Shown here piece after piece: positions 53,954 through 63,419 of a stretch of DNA of 64,000 nucleotides. The translations under genes were made by a program, and so were the position numbers. The DNA lies in NCBI GenBank assembly GCA_963707345.1, contig CAVPPE010000003.1, positions 318,352 through 382,351 on the forward strand, given 5' to 3'. The notes under the pieces are model-generated. The model had not been told where the DNA came from. It was given only the letters and a program-made list of their open reading frames with translations, and did not search any database. The stretch comes from an uncultured Chloroflexia bacterium (GTDB taxonomy: Bacteria; Chloroflexota; Anaerolineae; Promineifilales; UBA4811). Each line of letters begins with the position of its first letter. The stretch's first letter is position 1.

Positions 53954-55030
53954 TTATTCCTCCCCGAGTGCCGCCAGCCTTTCTGCCTGGTCCTGGGTTG
54001 CCAGTTCGTCGATGTACTCGTCCAGGTCATCCCCGGCCATAAAAGCGGGCAGGTTGTACATCGACTTGCCGATGCGGTGATCGGTGACCCGGTTTTGGGG
54101 ATAGTTGTATGTGCGGATTTTTTCGCTCCGGTCGCCGCTGCCCACCTGCGAACGTCGTTCGGCGTCGATTTCTTCGTCTTGTTTGCGCTGTTCCATCTCG
54201 TACAGCCGCGCGCGCAATACCGCCATGGCCTGCATTTTGTTCTGGGTTTGGGAGCGCTCGTTCTGGCAAAAGACGACCAACCCGGTGGGGAGGTGGGTGA
54301 TCCGGATGGCGGTGGCGTTCTTTTGCATGTGCTGGCCTCCCGGCCCGGCCGACATGGTGGCGACGATTTCCAGATCCCTGGAGTCAATCTGGATCTCCAC
54401 GTCGTCCACTTCTGGCATCACGGCTACCGTGGCGGTAGAAGTGTGAATCCGCCCCTGTGACTCGGTGATGGGGACGCGCTGCACGCGGTGCACACCACTT
54501 TCGTACTTGAGGCGGGAGAAAGCGCCATGGCCGCGCACCTCGAACACAACCTCTTTGAAACCACCCACGCCGGTGTCGTGGCTGCTGATGATCTCGGTCT
54601 TCCAGTTCTGCCTCTCGGCATAGCGGGTGTACAGGCGGTACAGATCGGCCGCAAAGATACCAGCTTCATCGCCGCCAGCTCCGGCCCGGATCTCCACGAT
54701 GACGTTGCGATTGTCCCGCTTGTCCTTTGGCAACAGCAACAGCTTGATCTTTTCCGTCAGCAACTCGTCGCGGCCAACCAGGCGAGTTATCTCATCGCTG
54801 ATGAATTCGCGCATCTCGGCCGATTCTTCGTCTTCCAGCATGAGTTCGGCCGCGGCCAGTTCCTCTTGTGTCTGCTTCAATTCCCGGAATGCCTGCACCA
54901 CCGACTCGAGTTCGGCTCGCTCCTGAGCGTATTCTGCGACCAGTGTGTAATCCGCTGCCACCTGTGGATCTGCCATCAGGCGTTCTAACTCGTCGTACCG
55001 TTCTTCAACGGCCGTCAGTTTCTCCAACAT
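53954..55030 (-). CDS. prfA: Peptide chain release factor 1
   Basis: [26 protein letters not shown] (P-x-T recognition motif) and [12 protein letters not shown] (GGQ). Confidence 0.95.
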   Translation of the reverse strand: MLEKLTAVEERYDELERLMADPQVAADYTLVAEYAQERAELESVVQAFRELKQTQEELAAAELMLEDEESAEMREFISDEITRLVGRDELLTEKIKLLLLPKDKRDNRNVIVEIRAGAGGDEAGIFAADLYRLYTRYAERQNWKTEIISSHDTGVGGFKEVVFEVRGHGAFSRLKYESGVHRVQRVPITESQGRIHTSTATVAVMPEVDDVEIQIDSRDLEIVATMSAGPGGQHMQKNATAIRITHLPTGLVVFCQNERSQTQNKMQAMAVLRARLYEMEQRKQDEEIDAERRSQVGSGDRSEKIRTYNYPQNRVTDHRIGKSMYNLPAFMAGDDLDEYIDELATQDQAERLAALGEE

Positions 55031-55070
55031 TCAATTTCTCCGCGTTTTCGCAACTGCTCAGGCAGTCATG

Positions 55071-55138
55071 TTTTTGGGGGTGTGCAGGCGCAAAGCGCCT
55101 GCACACCCCCTCTTTCCCTACCCAAGCCCTTGGGCTGA
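55071..55138 (+). repeat. Intergenic hairpin-plus-tail repeat element, copy B
   Basis: T5, then arms GGGGGTGTGCAGGCGC (55076-91) / GCGCCTGCACACCCCC (55095-110), and tail TCTTTCCCTACCCAAGCCCTTGGGCTGA. Same orientation and tail as copy A. Confidence 0.7.
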
Positions 55139-55256
55139 GTAATTATACCTTTTCTGAATTGGTGCCATTATACTGGCAGGCAAGTGCAAGTCAAGGTGGG
55201 AACCTTTGCATCCCTTTGGCCGTCTTGGGAGCAGATTAGCGCAAAGGAGGTTGGAA

Positions 55257-55490
55257 ATGACCGCACTAAAAACCTTGGTGACCTTGATTGTGATGGGAAT
55301 AATCGGCCTGGCGATGGTAATTGGCCCGCTGCCCACCGATGGCGGTAAGGGGACACCAGGGCCGCAGTCGCCCGCCGATTCCAGCCTGCCGGCCGCAGGC
55401 CCCACGCCGATCCTCATCGTCGGTGGGTTGATCCTGGCAATAGCCCTGGGTTTCAAAGCCCGGGGGTCGGATTACAGTGACATTCAGTAG
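55257..55490 (+). CDS. Small two-TM membrane protein with a Pro/Gly-rich linker
   Basis: AAGGAGG SD (55244-50) 6 nt before ATG 55257. 77 aa: TLVTLIVMGIIGLAMVIGPL ... ILIVGGLILAIALGF. Confidence 0.5.
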   Translation: MTALKTLVTLIVMGIIGLAMVIGPLPTDGGKGTPGPQSPADSSLPAAGPTPILIVGGLILAIALGFKARGSDYSDIQ

Positions 55491-55565
55491 CCGTCAGAGG
55501 CGGGCCCCGGGTTCAACCACAAGGGTCCGCCTTTTTTCTTGGAGCGATTTCTATCGGAGGAGAAG

Positions 55566-57923
55566 ATGAAGAGGTACAGGGTGTTGATTGCTGCTTTGCT
55601 TTTTCTGATTGCGCTGATGTGGGTGCAGCCGGCCGCGGCCGATGGGATCATTATCATTGACCCGCCGCCCAATGTGCCCCCCGTCCGGCTGGACGAGGCG
55701 CTGACCATCAAGTACCATCGGGTGACGGTGACCGTCGAGGATCAGATTGCGACCACGCATGTGGATCAGGTTTTTGTCAACGAGAACCGCTGGGTGGCCG
55801 AAGGGACCTACATTTTCCCGTTGCCGGCCGGCGCGGCCGTCAGCGAGTTTGTGATGTGGGTGGACGGCACGCCCATCACCGGGGAAATTCTGGAGGCGGA
55901 CGAGGCGCGCCAGATCTACAACGAGATTGTCAACCGGATGCGCGATCCGGCGCTGCTAGAGTACGTCGGCCGGGGGGCGGTCAAGGCCAGCGTCTTCCCC
56001 ATCCCGCCAGGCGAAGAGCGGCGCATTGAGCTGGAGTACAGCCAGGTGCTGCCGGTGGACAACGGTCTGGTACATTATGTTTACCCATTGAGCACGGAAA
56101 AGTACTCCGCCCGGCCGCTGGAGGAGGTGACGATCCGGGTGGAAATCGAATCGCCGGACGCCATCAAGGCGGTCTATTCTCCTAGCCACCCGGTCTTTAT
56201 CGAGCGGCCGGATGACTACCGTGCGCTGGTGGGGCTGGAGCAGTTTGACGTCCGGCCGGACAAGGATTTCGAGTTGTATTACACCGTCAGCCAGGAAGAG
56301 GTGGGGCTAAACTTGCTGACCTTCAAAGAAGCCGGCGAAGATGGCTTCTTCCTGCTGCTGGCGGCGCCCAACGTGGAGGCGGATCCGGATCAGATAGTTG
56401 CCAAGGACGTGATCTTTGTGCTGGACCAATCCGGTAGCATGGAGGGGGAAAAGCTGGCACAGGCCAAAGCCGCTGCACAGTACACGCTGGAGCACCTCAA
56501 CGCGCAGGACCGCTTTAACGTGATTGCCTTCAGCACCGGCCTGCGGGCGTTTAGCGACCAGTTGGAACCGGCCGGCGGGTGGGTGCAGGCGGCCGAGTTT
56601 GTCGGGCGGCTGGAGGCGCTGGGTGGGACCGACATCAACCGCGCTCTGCTGGAAGCGCTGGCGATGGCGGACCGCGAACGGCCGACCACGCTCATCTTTT
56701 TGACCGATGGGCTGGCGACCGAGGGCGTGTTCGAAACCGCCGCCATCCTCAGCAACGTGGCGGCCGCGGCCGGGCGCAACGTGCGGCTGTTTGCCTTTGG
56801 CGTCGGGGACGATGTGGACACCGACCTGCTCGACTCGCTGGCGCTGGAGCACGGCGGGGCCAGCGCCTACGTCCGGCCGGGCCAGCGGATTGACGAAGAG
56901 GTAAGCGCGTTTTACGCCAAGGTCAGCACGCCGGTGTTGGCCGACATCGAGATCGACTTTGGCGGCGTGCGAGTGGACCAGCTTTTCCCGGAGCGCGTGC
57001 CGGACCTCTTTGCCGGGTCGCAGATGGTGCTGGTCGGCCGGTACCGCGACGGTGGACCGGCCACCATCACGCTCTCCGGCGTGGTCAACGGCGAGCGGGT
57101 CAGCTTTGATTACCCGGACCAATACTTTCTCAACCGGGGCGGTCAGGACTTTATCCCCCGTCTGTGGGCGACCCGCGCTATTGGTCATTATCTGACCCAG
57201 ATCAGACTGAACGGCGAAAATCAAGAGTGGGTGGAGACGATCGTCAACCTCTCCATTCGCTACGGCATCATCACCCCCTACACCTCTTTCCTGATCGACG
57301 AGGACGACATCTTTACCCAGACCGGCCGGCAGGGCATCAGCGAAGAAATCCTGACCGAAGCAGCCGAGACGGTAGCGCCAGCCTACGGTGCGGATGCGGT
57401 CGAAAAGGCGGCCGGGGAGGGCGCACTGCGCAGTGCGGAAGCGCCGGCCGCGCTGCCGACGATGGTGGCGATGGCCCCTGATGGAAGCGGCCCGATGGAG
57501 ATCGCCGAGCTGGTCAAGTACGTTGGCAGCAAGACCTTTGTCCTGCGAGATGGGGTCTGGATGGACACGGCGTACGACCCCTCCGCCATGGATGCCCAGC
57601 AGGTGGGATTCCTGAGCGACGATTACTTTGCGCTGACCGCGGCCGTGCCGGCACTTGGGGACTATTTTGCGCTCGGTCAGCGGGTGATTGCGGTCTACGA
57701 TGGTGTTGCCTATGAGGTGGTGGACGGCACAGGGGAGCCGGTGGCGGTGCCGGTTGTGGTGGCAGACGACACGCCGGAACCGGTGGCGATTTCGGCCGCC
57801 ACCACCGAGCCGATTGCCGAACGGCCGGCCGGGTCCCAGTCCGGCGGGCCCTGCCTGGGCGGTCTGGTGCTTCCAGCCGTCTTGATGGTGGTGGCAACCG
57901 TCCAGTTTCGCCGGCGCAGTTAG
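55566..57923 (+). CDS. Secreted VIT plus vWA domain protein with a C-terminal hydrophobic/basic anchor
   Basis: GGAGGAG SD and signal peptide MKRYRVLIAALLFLIALMWVQPAAA. VIT-like YHRVTVTVEDQIATTHVDQVF...EGTYIFPLP, vWA MIDAS DVIFVLDQSGSM. The C-terminus is SGGPCLGGLVLPAVLMVVATVQFRRRS. Confidence 0.85.
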   Translation: MKRYRVLIAALLFLIALMWVQPAAADGIIIIDPPPNVPPVRLDEALTIKYHRVTVTVEDQIATTHVDQVFVNENRWVAEGTYIFPLPAGAAVSEFVMWVDGTPITGEILEADEARQIYNEIVNRMRDPALLEYVGRGAVKASVFPIPPGEERRIELEYSQVLPVDNGLVHYVYPLSTEKYSARPLEEVTIRVEIESPDAIKAVYSPSHPVFIERPDDYRALVGLEQFDVRPDKDFELYYTVSQEEVGLNLLTFKEAGEDGFFLLLAAPNVEADPDQIVAKDVIFVLDQSGSMEGEKLAQAKAAAQYTLEHLNAQDRFNVIAFSTGLRAFSDQLEPAGGWVQAAEFVGRLEALGGTDINRALLEALAMADRERPTTLIFLTDGLATEGVFETAAILSNVAAAAGRNVRLFAFGVGDDVDTDLLDSLALEHGGASAYVRPGQRIDEEVSAFYAKVSTPVLADIEIDFGGVRVDQLFPERVPDLFAGSQMVLVGRYRDGGPATITLSGVVNGERVSFDYPDQYFLNRGGQDFIPRLWATRAIGHYLTQIRLNGENQEWVETIVNLSIRYGIITPYTSFLIDEDDIFTQTGRQGISEEILTEAAETVAPAYGADAVEKAAGEGALRSAEAPAALPTMVAMAPDGSGPMEIAELVKYVGSKTFVLRDGVWMDTAYDPSAMDAQQVGFLSDDYFALTAAVPALGDYFALGQRVIAVYDGVAYEVVDGTGEPVAVPVVVADDTPEPVAISAATTEPIAERPAGSQSGGPCLGGLVLPAVLMVVATVQFRRRS

Positions 57924-57983
57924 CCCGGCCCAAAAATCCAACGTCCAATGAGGCGGGGAGGGGCAAACTCTCCCCGCCCTGCT

Positions 57984-58010
57984 ACGCCCGACCAAGTCGG
58001 GCGTTTTTTT
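57984..58010 (+). terminator. Rho-independent terminator
   Basis: ACGCCCGAC (57984-92) / GTCGGGCGT (57996-58004) followed by T7. A second hairpin precedes it: GGCGGGGAG/CTCCCCGCC (57952-78). Confidence 0.7.
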
Positions 58011-58030
58011 GGATTGCGAAAGTTTCCTAC

Positions 58031-58059
58031 TTGACAACAACACCGCAATCTATTATAAT
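58031..58059 (+). promoter_or_regulatory. Consensus sigma-70 promoter
   Basis: TTGACA (58031-36), exactly 17 nt, TATAAT (58054-59). It lies about 58 nt upstream of ATG 58118. Confidence 0.6.
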
Positions 58060-58117
58060 ATGCGCATAACCCGCTCAAGTGGGTAACGCGCAAAACGCGG
58101 TAAAGGAGATAGTGTAG

Positions 58118-59224
58118 ATGCCAGGTCAGGATTTCATCGTTGTGTCCGATAGTGCGCCGGTCGTGGTGGCGCTGGAACCCGCTCAAAACGCCTTCCATAG
58201 CCTGATGCTGCTCCTCAAAGCAGACAAGGTTTCGGGCTTTGGCGACTGGGTGACGCGTACCGCCCTCTCACTAGCGCCGCAGGAACGGGAGCGACATCTG
58301 CTGGTGATGATTGGCTTTTACTACGCCATTCTGCCCGCGCAGAGTTGGGCGAGCTTTCCCACTTATTTGGACTACCTGGCATCTTGCGACCCGCTGGATT
58401 TGCGCCAAAAGATGCTGACTACCTATTCCCGCGTCCGGCCGCCGACCCCGGATGGCAAGCCGGTTTGCTTTGGCGACCCGCAGCCGACTGATTGGAATGC
58501 GGTCCTCCAGGATGCGGACAGCTACCTGAGTTTTCTCCGCGAGCGCTTTGGAGGGGAGCTGTTGGACGTAGAGTTGGAGACTCGGGCGTACGGTTACGTT
58601 GTAGACCCGGCCGCCATGCAGGAGCTAATCGTTGCACACTTGCGCCGGATGTGGGACCAGTATCTCGCCCCGGAGTGGAAGCGGGCCGAGCCGATGTTGT
58701 GCGACGCGGTCGAGGCCTGCCGCCAGCTTGATTTGCGCGGCATGACCCGTCTCCAGGCGGTCGAAGCGATCACCGACCAGGAGGTGGATGAGAAATTGCA
58801 GTTGATGCTGGAGGAGGCCGAGCGGGTGTTCCTGGTGCCCTCGGCCCACGTGGGTCCGTATCTCGGCCGGGTGTGGGTGGACGGCACCCTCTGGCTGCTG
58901 TACGGCGCGCGACTGCCGGCCGGGTTGCAGATCCACGCGCCGGACCTGAGCCGGGCGGAGATTGTGATGCGGTTGGGGGCGCTGGCGGACGACGTTCGGC
59001 TGGGCATCCTCAAGCTGATTGCAGACCAAGGCGAATTGCGCTCCCAGGATGTGATGGAGCAGATGGACCTCAGCCAGTCGGCCGCCTCGCGCCACCTCAA
59101 GCAGCTCAGCGCCACTGGCTGCCTGTTTGAGCGGCGCTGTGAAGGGGCCAAGTGCTACCGGCTTAACCCGGACCGCATTCGGGCAACCCTGGCGGCCGCT
59201 TCCCGGTTTTTGTTGGGTGAGTAG
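58118..59224 (+). CDS. ArsR/SmtB-family regulator with a large N-terminal domain (DUF5937-like architecture)
   Basis: C-terminal wHTH LGALADDVRLGILKLIADQGELRSQDVMEQMDLSQSAASRHLKQLSATGCLFERR, preceded by a ~270-aa N-terminal domain. AAGGAG SD. Confidence 0.7.
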   Translation: MPGQDFIVVSDSAPVVVALEPAQNAFHSLMLLLKADKVSGFGDWVTRTALSLAPQERERHLLVMIGFYYAILPAQSWASFPTYLDYLASCDPLDLRQKMLTTYSRVRPPTPDGKPVCFGDPQPTDWNAVLQDADSYLSFLRERFGGELLDVELETRAYGYVVDPAAMQELIVAHLRRMWDQYLAPEWKRAEPMLCDAVEACRQLDLRGMTRLQAVEAITDQEVDEKLQLMLEEAERVFLVPSAHVGPYLGRVWVDGTLWLLYGARLPAGLQIHAPDLSRAEIVMRLGALADDVRLGILKLIADQGELRSQDVMEQMDLSQSAASRHLKQLSATGCLFERRCEGAKCYRLNPDRIRATLAAASRFLLGE

Positions 59225-59244
59225 GCGAATCAAAGGAGAGCAAA

Positions 59245-60165
59245 ATGGACACTGAAAAGATGTGGACACTATTGTTGGATGCGGGGCGGGCGTTTGGGCC
59301 GTTTTACCAGGACGTGATGCGGGGCGCGATTGAGGCGGCCGGCGGGACCCCGCAGAACTGGTTTGTCCTCAGCCTGGCGCACAGCGTCGAGCCCGGGCCG
59401 TTTACCATGGCGGATTACCAGGCAATGGTGCCCTATTCGGACCCCAAGCGTTTCACAGAGGCTTTTGAGGAGCGGGTAGGGCTGGGCCAACTGGAGTGGG
59501 ACAGTGCGGACGCGGTCCGCTTGACCGACGCCGGCTGTCAGACGGTGAAAGGGATCTTTGCCGCCGCGCACCGCGCGCTGGCGGAGGCCGACCCCCTGCC
59601 GGCCGCCGAGATGACCAGGCTCAACAGCCTGCTGTGGCGGCTGGTGGAATCCACCCGGTCGGCCGCCGAGCCGGCCGAGAAGCCGGCGCTGATCTCCAGC
59701 CGCTGGACCGACCCCGGAAAAGGAGCAGCCGGCACGGTGCTGGCCGACCAGTACATCACCGACCTGCTCCGCTTCCGGGACGACGCCCACATTGCTGCCT
59801 GGCGGCCGTACGGCGTCGTCGGGCACGTCTGGGAGGCGTTGACCTTTGTCTGGCGCGACGAGGCCCACACGGCCGCCGAGCTGGCCGAAAAGCTCCCCTT
59901 CCGGATGCACTCCGAAGAGGTGTACCAGCAGGCGCTGGCCGAACTGGCCGGCCGGGGCTGGATTGAGGCGACTGACGGGGGCTACCGGATCACTGAGCAG
60001 GGTAAAGCGCTGCGGCAGGAGGCGGAAGGCCAGACCAACCGCATCTATTATGCGCCCTGGGCCTGCCTGGGCAAGGGCGAGACGGCCGAATTGGTCAAGC
60101 TGCTGGGTCAGCTCAAGGATGGGCTGGACCGGCTGGCGAAGGAAAAGGAAAGTAAGGAAACCTAG
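59245..60165 (+). CDS. Hypothetical protein with two MarR-like winged-helix halves
   Basis: Two similar segments: ...FVLSLAHSVEPGPFTMADYQAMV...LGQLEWDSADAVRLTDAGCQTV and ...WEALTFVWRDEAHTAAELAEKL...GRGWIEATDGGYRITEQGKAL. AAGGAGAG SD. Confidence 0.45.
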   Translation: MDTEKMWTLLLDAGRAFGPFYQDVMRGAIEAAGGTPQNWFVLSLAHSVEPGPFTMADYQAMVPYSDPKRFTEAFEERVGLGQLEWDSADAVRLTDAGCQTVKGIFAAAHRALAEADPLPAAEMTRLNSLLWRLVESTRSAAEPAEKPALISSRWTDPGKGAAGTVLADQYITDLLRFRDDAHIAAWRPYGVVGHVWEALTFVWRDEAHTAAELAEKLPFRMHSEEVYQQALAELAGRGWIEATDGGYRITEQGKALRQEAEGQTNRIYYAPWACLGKGETAELVKLLGQLKDGLDRLAKEKESKET

Positions 60166-60198
60166 TCCGGTGGCACGGCCGCCGGGGAGGAAAGAACA

Positions 60199-60444
60199 AT
60201 GTTAACCATGCGTGATGTGCAAGTGCAGGCAGAGTACCAGGATGAATTCCGACGGCGAGCTGCGCAACACCGGCAAAAGCAACTGGCCCAGGGACATACC
60301 CTGGCGCTCCACCGGGTGCTGCTGGCGCGAGTCGGTGCGCAACTGGTGGCCTGGGGCTGCGCCCTGGAAACCCGCTACGGCGAACTGGCGCAGAGCCGGG
60401 TGCCCTGCCAACAACTCCAGGCATCCGACCCTATGCTGCGCTGA
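60199..60444 (+). CDS. Small hypothetical protein (81 aa)
   Basis: GGAGGAA SD 6 nt before the ATG, and a strong terminator follows directly. No recognisable motif. Confidence 0.45.
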   Translation: MLTMRDVQVQAEYQDEFRRRAAQHRQKQLAQGHTLALHRVLLARVGAQLVAWGCALETRYGELAQSRVPCQQLQASDPMLR

Positions 60445-60466
60445 TCAATCAGACAAATCCTCCTCT

Positions 60467-60516
60467 GCTCTCCCCAGACCTTGGTGGCGTTGGGTTCTGG
60501 GGAGAGCTTTTTTTTT
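60467..60516 (+). terminator. Rho-independent terminator
   Basis: GCTCTCCCCAGA (60467-78) / TCTGGGGAGAGC (60496-507) followed by T9. Confidence 0.7.
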
Positions 60517-60698
60517 GTGCGCCTGCGGCAGTCGGTTGAGAAAAAGCTCTGCGAACTCGGGGTTCCCAGCGGTGAAATGCCCAGCGTCGATGCGATTTGG
60601 CAAAAACACCGCCCCGTGGCATGATAGTGGTGGACGGAGGTAGATGGAATGATCGCGATTGCAGCAAGGTGTAACGCCAACGGGCACAGGTTGCCGTT

Positions 60699-61520
60699 GT
60701 GAGCCGGCCGCGCTGGATGGTGGAACTCATCAAGCTGGCCTTCCCCGGCCGCTTTCTGGCGGCCCGCGCCACCCGGCTGCCGCTGCTGGGCGCGCTGGCT
60801 GACCGTTGGTTCTTTCACGGCGACGACATTCTCTACCTGCCCCGCGACCGGGTGATCCAGATTCGCCTGCCGCTGGACCGGCCGGAGGAGATGGTGCTGC
60901 CATCCCAGGTGGTGGAGCATTTTATCCGGCAGGCCAACACACTCTGGATCATGAACCACTGCCTGTGCCGGGACGCCAGCGGGTGCGACGACTATCCCAT
61001 CGAGTTGGGCTGCCTCTTTTTGGGGCAGGCGGCCGACGGCATCAACCCGGAGTTGGGCCGGCCGGTGAGCCAGGCTGAGGCGTTGGCGCACGTGGCGCGC
61101 TGCCGCGAGGCCGGGCTGGTCCATCTGGTCGGCCGCAACAAGCTGGACACCCTCTGGCTGGGGGTGGGGCCGGGCGACCGGCTGATGACGATCTGCAATT
61201 GCTGCCCGTGCTGCTGCCTGTGGCGCATCCTGCCGTCGGTGGCCCCGCACATCAGCGCCAAGGTGACCCGCATGCCGGGCGTGACGGTAGCGGTGACCGG
61301 TCGTTGCCAGGGCTGCGGCACTTGCACCGAGGGTATCTGTTTTGCAGATGCCATCCACCTGCTCGACGGCCAGGCAGTGGTGAGCGACGCCTGCCGGGGG
61401 TGCGGCCGGTGTGTGGAGGTCTGCCCGCAGGGGGCGATTGCGATTGAATTCCAGGGTGGGGGTGATGGGGCGGTGGGTCGCACGGTGGCGCGGCTGGCCG
61501 GCCGGGTCGTGGTCAGCTAA
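60699..61520 (+). CDS. Fe-S protein with a C-terminal 2x[4Fe-4S] ferredoxin-type domain and a CxCCxCCC cluster
   Basis: CQGCGTCTEGIC and CRGCGRCVEVCPQGAI ferredoxin motifs. Upstream Cys clusters HCLCRDASGC and ICNCCPCCCLW. Confidence 0.65.
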   Translation: MSRPRWMVELIKLAFPGRFLAARATRLPLLGALADRWFFHGDDILYLPRDRVIQIRLPLDRPEEMVLPSQVVEHFIRQANTLWIMNHCLCRDASGCDDYPIELGCLFLGQAADGINPELGRPVSQAEALAHVARCREAGLVHLVGRNKLDTLWLGVGPGDRLMTICNCCPCCCLWRILPSVAPHISAKVTRMPGVTVAVTGRCQGCGTCTEGICFADAIHLLDGQAVVSDACRGCGRCVEVCPQGAIAIEFQGGGDGAVGRTVARLAGRVVVS

Positions 61521-61890
61521 ACTACCCCATTCAATAGTCGTGGGAAAGCAGGTGGCGCAGGCAGCACCCGGGCGCGAACGGCGGCCGCAGAGCCAGCAGG
61601 TCGAATTGTCGCCATCGGTCCGTGTGGAACGCAAACCCATAGAAAAGCCCAAGAACACGTATGGTTGTAGCTGGTGGTGCGTCCTAATAGCTGTTCGCCA
61701 GCACATGGTTATTGGTGCAATGCCGGCGGCCTTGCCTTTCCTGGCAGACTTGGGTCCGGCGAGAGTTCTTTAGCAGCGGGATGATGGGACCGAGAGCCCA
61801 TTTGCCGATTGAACCTTAGGCGGTAGGATAAGGTAGGTGCGTCGCCAGGTGGCACAGTTAATGCAACGACCATCTGTATTAGGGAAAAAT

Positions 61891-63381
61891 ATGTGGACTC
61901 TGACCATACACTACCACGGACAACAGCCTCACACACACACCTTGCAACCCGGAATCACCGCCATCGGCCGTCGGTTGGACAATGACATTGTCCTCACAGA
62001 TACCTCGGTCTCCCGCAATCACGCCGAGATCCACTTTGACCCCGACGCGGACACTGTCCATATCTGCGATTTGGGTAGCGTCAATGGGACGTACGTTGGG
62101 CTGCAGCCCATCGTGGCACACGTCAAGTGCCCGTTGCGTGACAATGATCTGGTTCAGATTGGGCTGCACGAAATCCGGTTAGCCTACCAGGACCAGCCGG
62201 TGTTGCCGGTCGCGCCGGCCGCTGTCAGTAATCGGTTGGTGACGTCCGAGTTGGCGCGCCGGCCGCTGGATCAACGCGCCAACCTGATGTATCAGACCGC
62301 GCGTCAATTAAACACCGTGCTGGACATTCAGGATGCGCTCAAAAAAGTATCCGAATTGATGGGCTCTGCGATGGATGCGGACCGCTGCGAGGTAGTCCTG
62401 GCCGACCAGTTTGTCCGCCTGCGAGACCTGGGCTTTTCACGAACCATTGCGAACAAGGTGATCCAGTCGCGCGCCACGCTGCTTGTTCCCAACCCGGAGG
62501 TGGTGTCGGCCGGGGAGTTGAGCGACACAGCGGCCGGCTTGCTCGTCCATTCCGTTTTGTGCGTGCCGGTCACCAGCGGGGATGAGGTGACGGCGCTGAT
62601 CTATTTGGTGAAAACAGACCTGGGGAAGCGGCCGTTCAACCAGAGCGATGCCCAGTCAGTGGAGGCCATCAGCCACATGGTCGCGCTGACCCTGGAGCGG
62701 CTGGATCTGTTTGAGCGGGTGCGGCAAGAGCAGCGGCTGCGCCGGTTGTTGCAGCGCCACATGGCGCCGGAGCGGGTTGAATACCTGGTGCAGAACTATC
62801 TGAGCACCGGCCGGCTGCCAGGCCTGGATGAGGAGAACGCGACCGTTCTGTTTGCCGATATTGCCGATTCGACCCGCCTGGCTGAACAGTTGGGGGCCCG
62901 CCGCTTTGGCGAGGTGCTCAAGCGCTACTATCAAGATGTCAGCCAGTTGGTGTTTGACCACGGGGGCCTGCTGGACAAATACCTGGGCGATGGCGTGATG
63001 GCAACGTATGGCATGACTGGTGACAGCGGCAACGCCGAAGCGCGGGCTGTCCGCACTGGTCTGGCGATTCTTGAATTGGTCGAGAGCCGCTATGAGGGCC
63101 GGGAAAGCCCGGTCCGCGTGGGGATTGGGATCAACAGCGGGCCGGTGGTGGCCGGCTATGTGAGCACCCGGGAGCGCATCGAGTTTACCGTGCTGGGGGA
63201 CACAGTTAACATGGCCTTCAAGTTGCAGGCACTGGCCCGGCCGAACCGGCTGTTTATTGGCCCGGCAACTCACCAGATCGTCTGCGACGCGTTTGAAACC
63301 TGCAACATTGGCCGGATGGCGGTCAAGGGTCGCCGCCAGCCAATCCATGTGTACGAGGTACTGCGCAAGTCGATTGAATAG
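61891..63381 (+). CDS. FHA-GAF-class III adenylate/guanylate cyclase
   Basis: FHA (ITAIGRRLDNDIVLTDTSVSRNHAEI...LGSVNGTYV), a central GAF-like region, and cyclase motifs (VLFADIADSTRL, KYLGDGVMATYG, GINSGPVVAGYV, TVLGDTVNMAFKL). ATG 61891 (MWTLTIHY). Confidence 0.85.
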   Translation: MWTLTIHYHGQQPHTHTLQPGITAIGRRLDNDIVLTDTSVSRNHAEIHFDPDADTVHICDLGSVNGTYVGLQPIVAHVKCPLRDNDLVQIGLHEIRLAYQDQPVLPVAPAAVSNRLVTSELARRPLDQRANLMYQTARQLNTVLDIQDALKKVSELMGSAMDADRCEVVLADQFVRLRDLGFSRTIANKVIQSRATLLVPNPEVVSAGELSDTAAGLLVHSVLCVPVTSGDEVTALIYLVKTDLGKRPFNQSDAQSVEAISHMVALTLERLDLFERVRQEQRLRRLLQRHMAPERVEYLVQNYLSTGRLPGLDEENATVLFADIADSTRLAEQLGARRFGEVLKRYYQDVSQLVFDHGGLLDKYLGDGVMATYGMTGDSGNAEARAVRTGLAILELVESRYEGRESPVRVGIGINSGPVVAGYVSTRERIEFTVLGDTVNMAFKLQALARPNRLFIGPATHQIVCDAFETCNIGRMAVKGRRQPIHVYEVLRKSIE

Positions 63382-63384
63382 CGC

Positions 63385-63417
63385 AGAGCCCGGCCGCAGC
63401 AGCCGGGCTCTTTTTTT
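63385..63417 (+). terminator. Rho-independent terminator of the cyclase gene
   Basis: AGAGCCCGGC (63385-94) / GCCGGGCTCT (63402-11) followed by T7. It lies between convergent genes. Confidence 0.7.
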
Positions 63418-63419
63418 GC

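Noticed and set aside
56307-58043. 578-aa minus-strand ORF
   Set aside because: It is antisense to the VIT-vWA gene and runs through that gene's terminator. It has shadow-frame composition.
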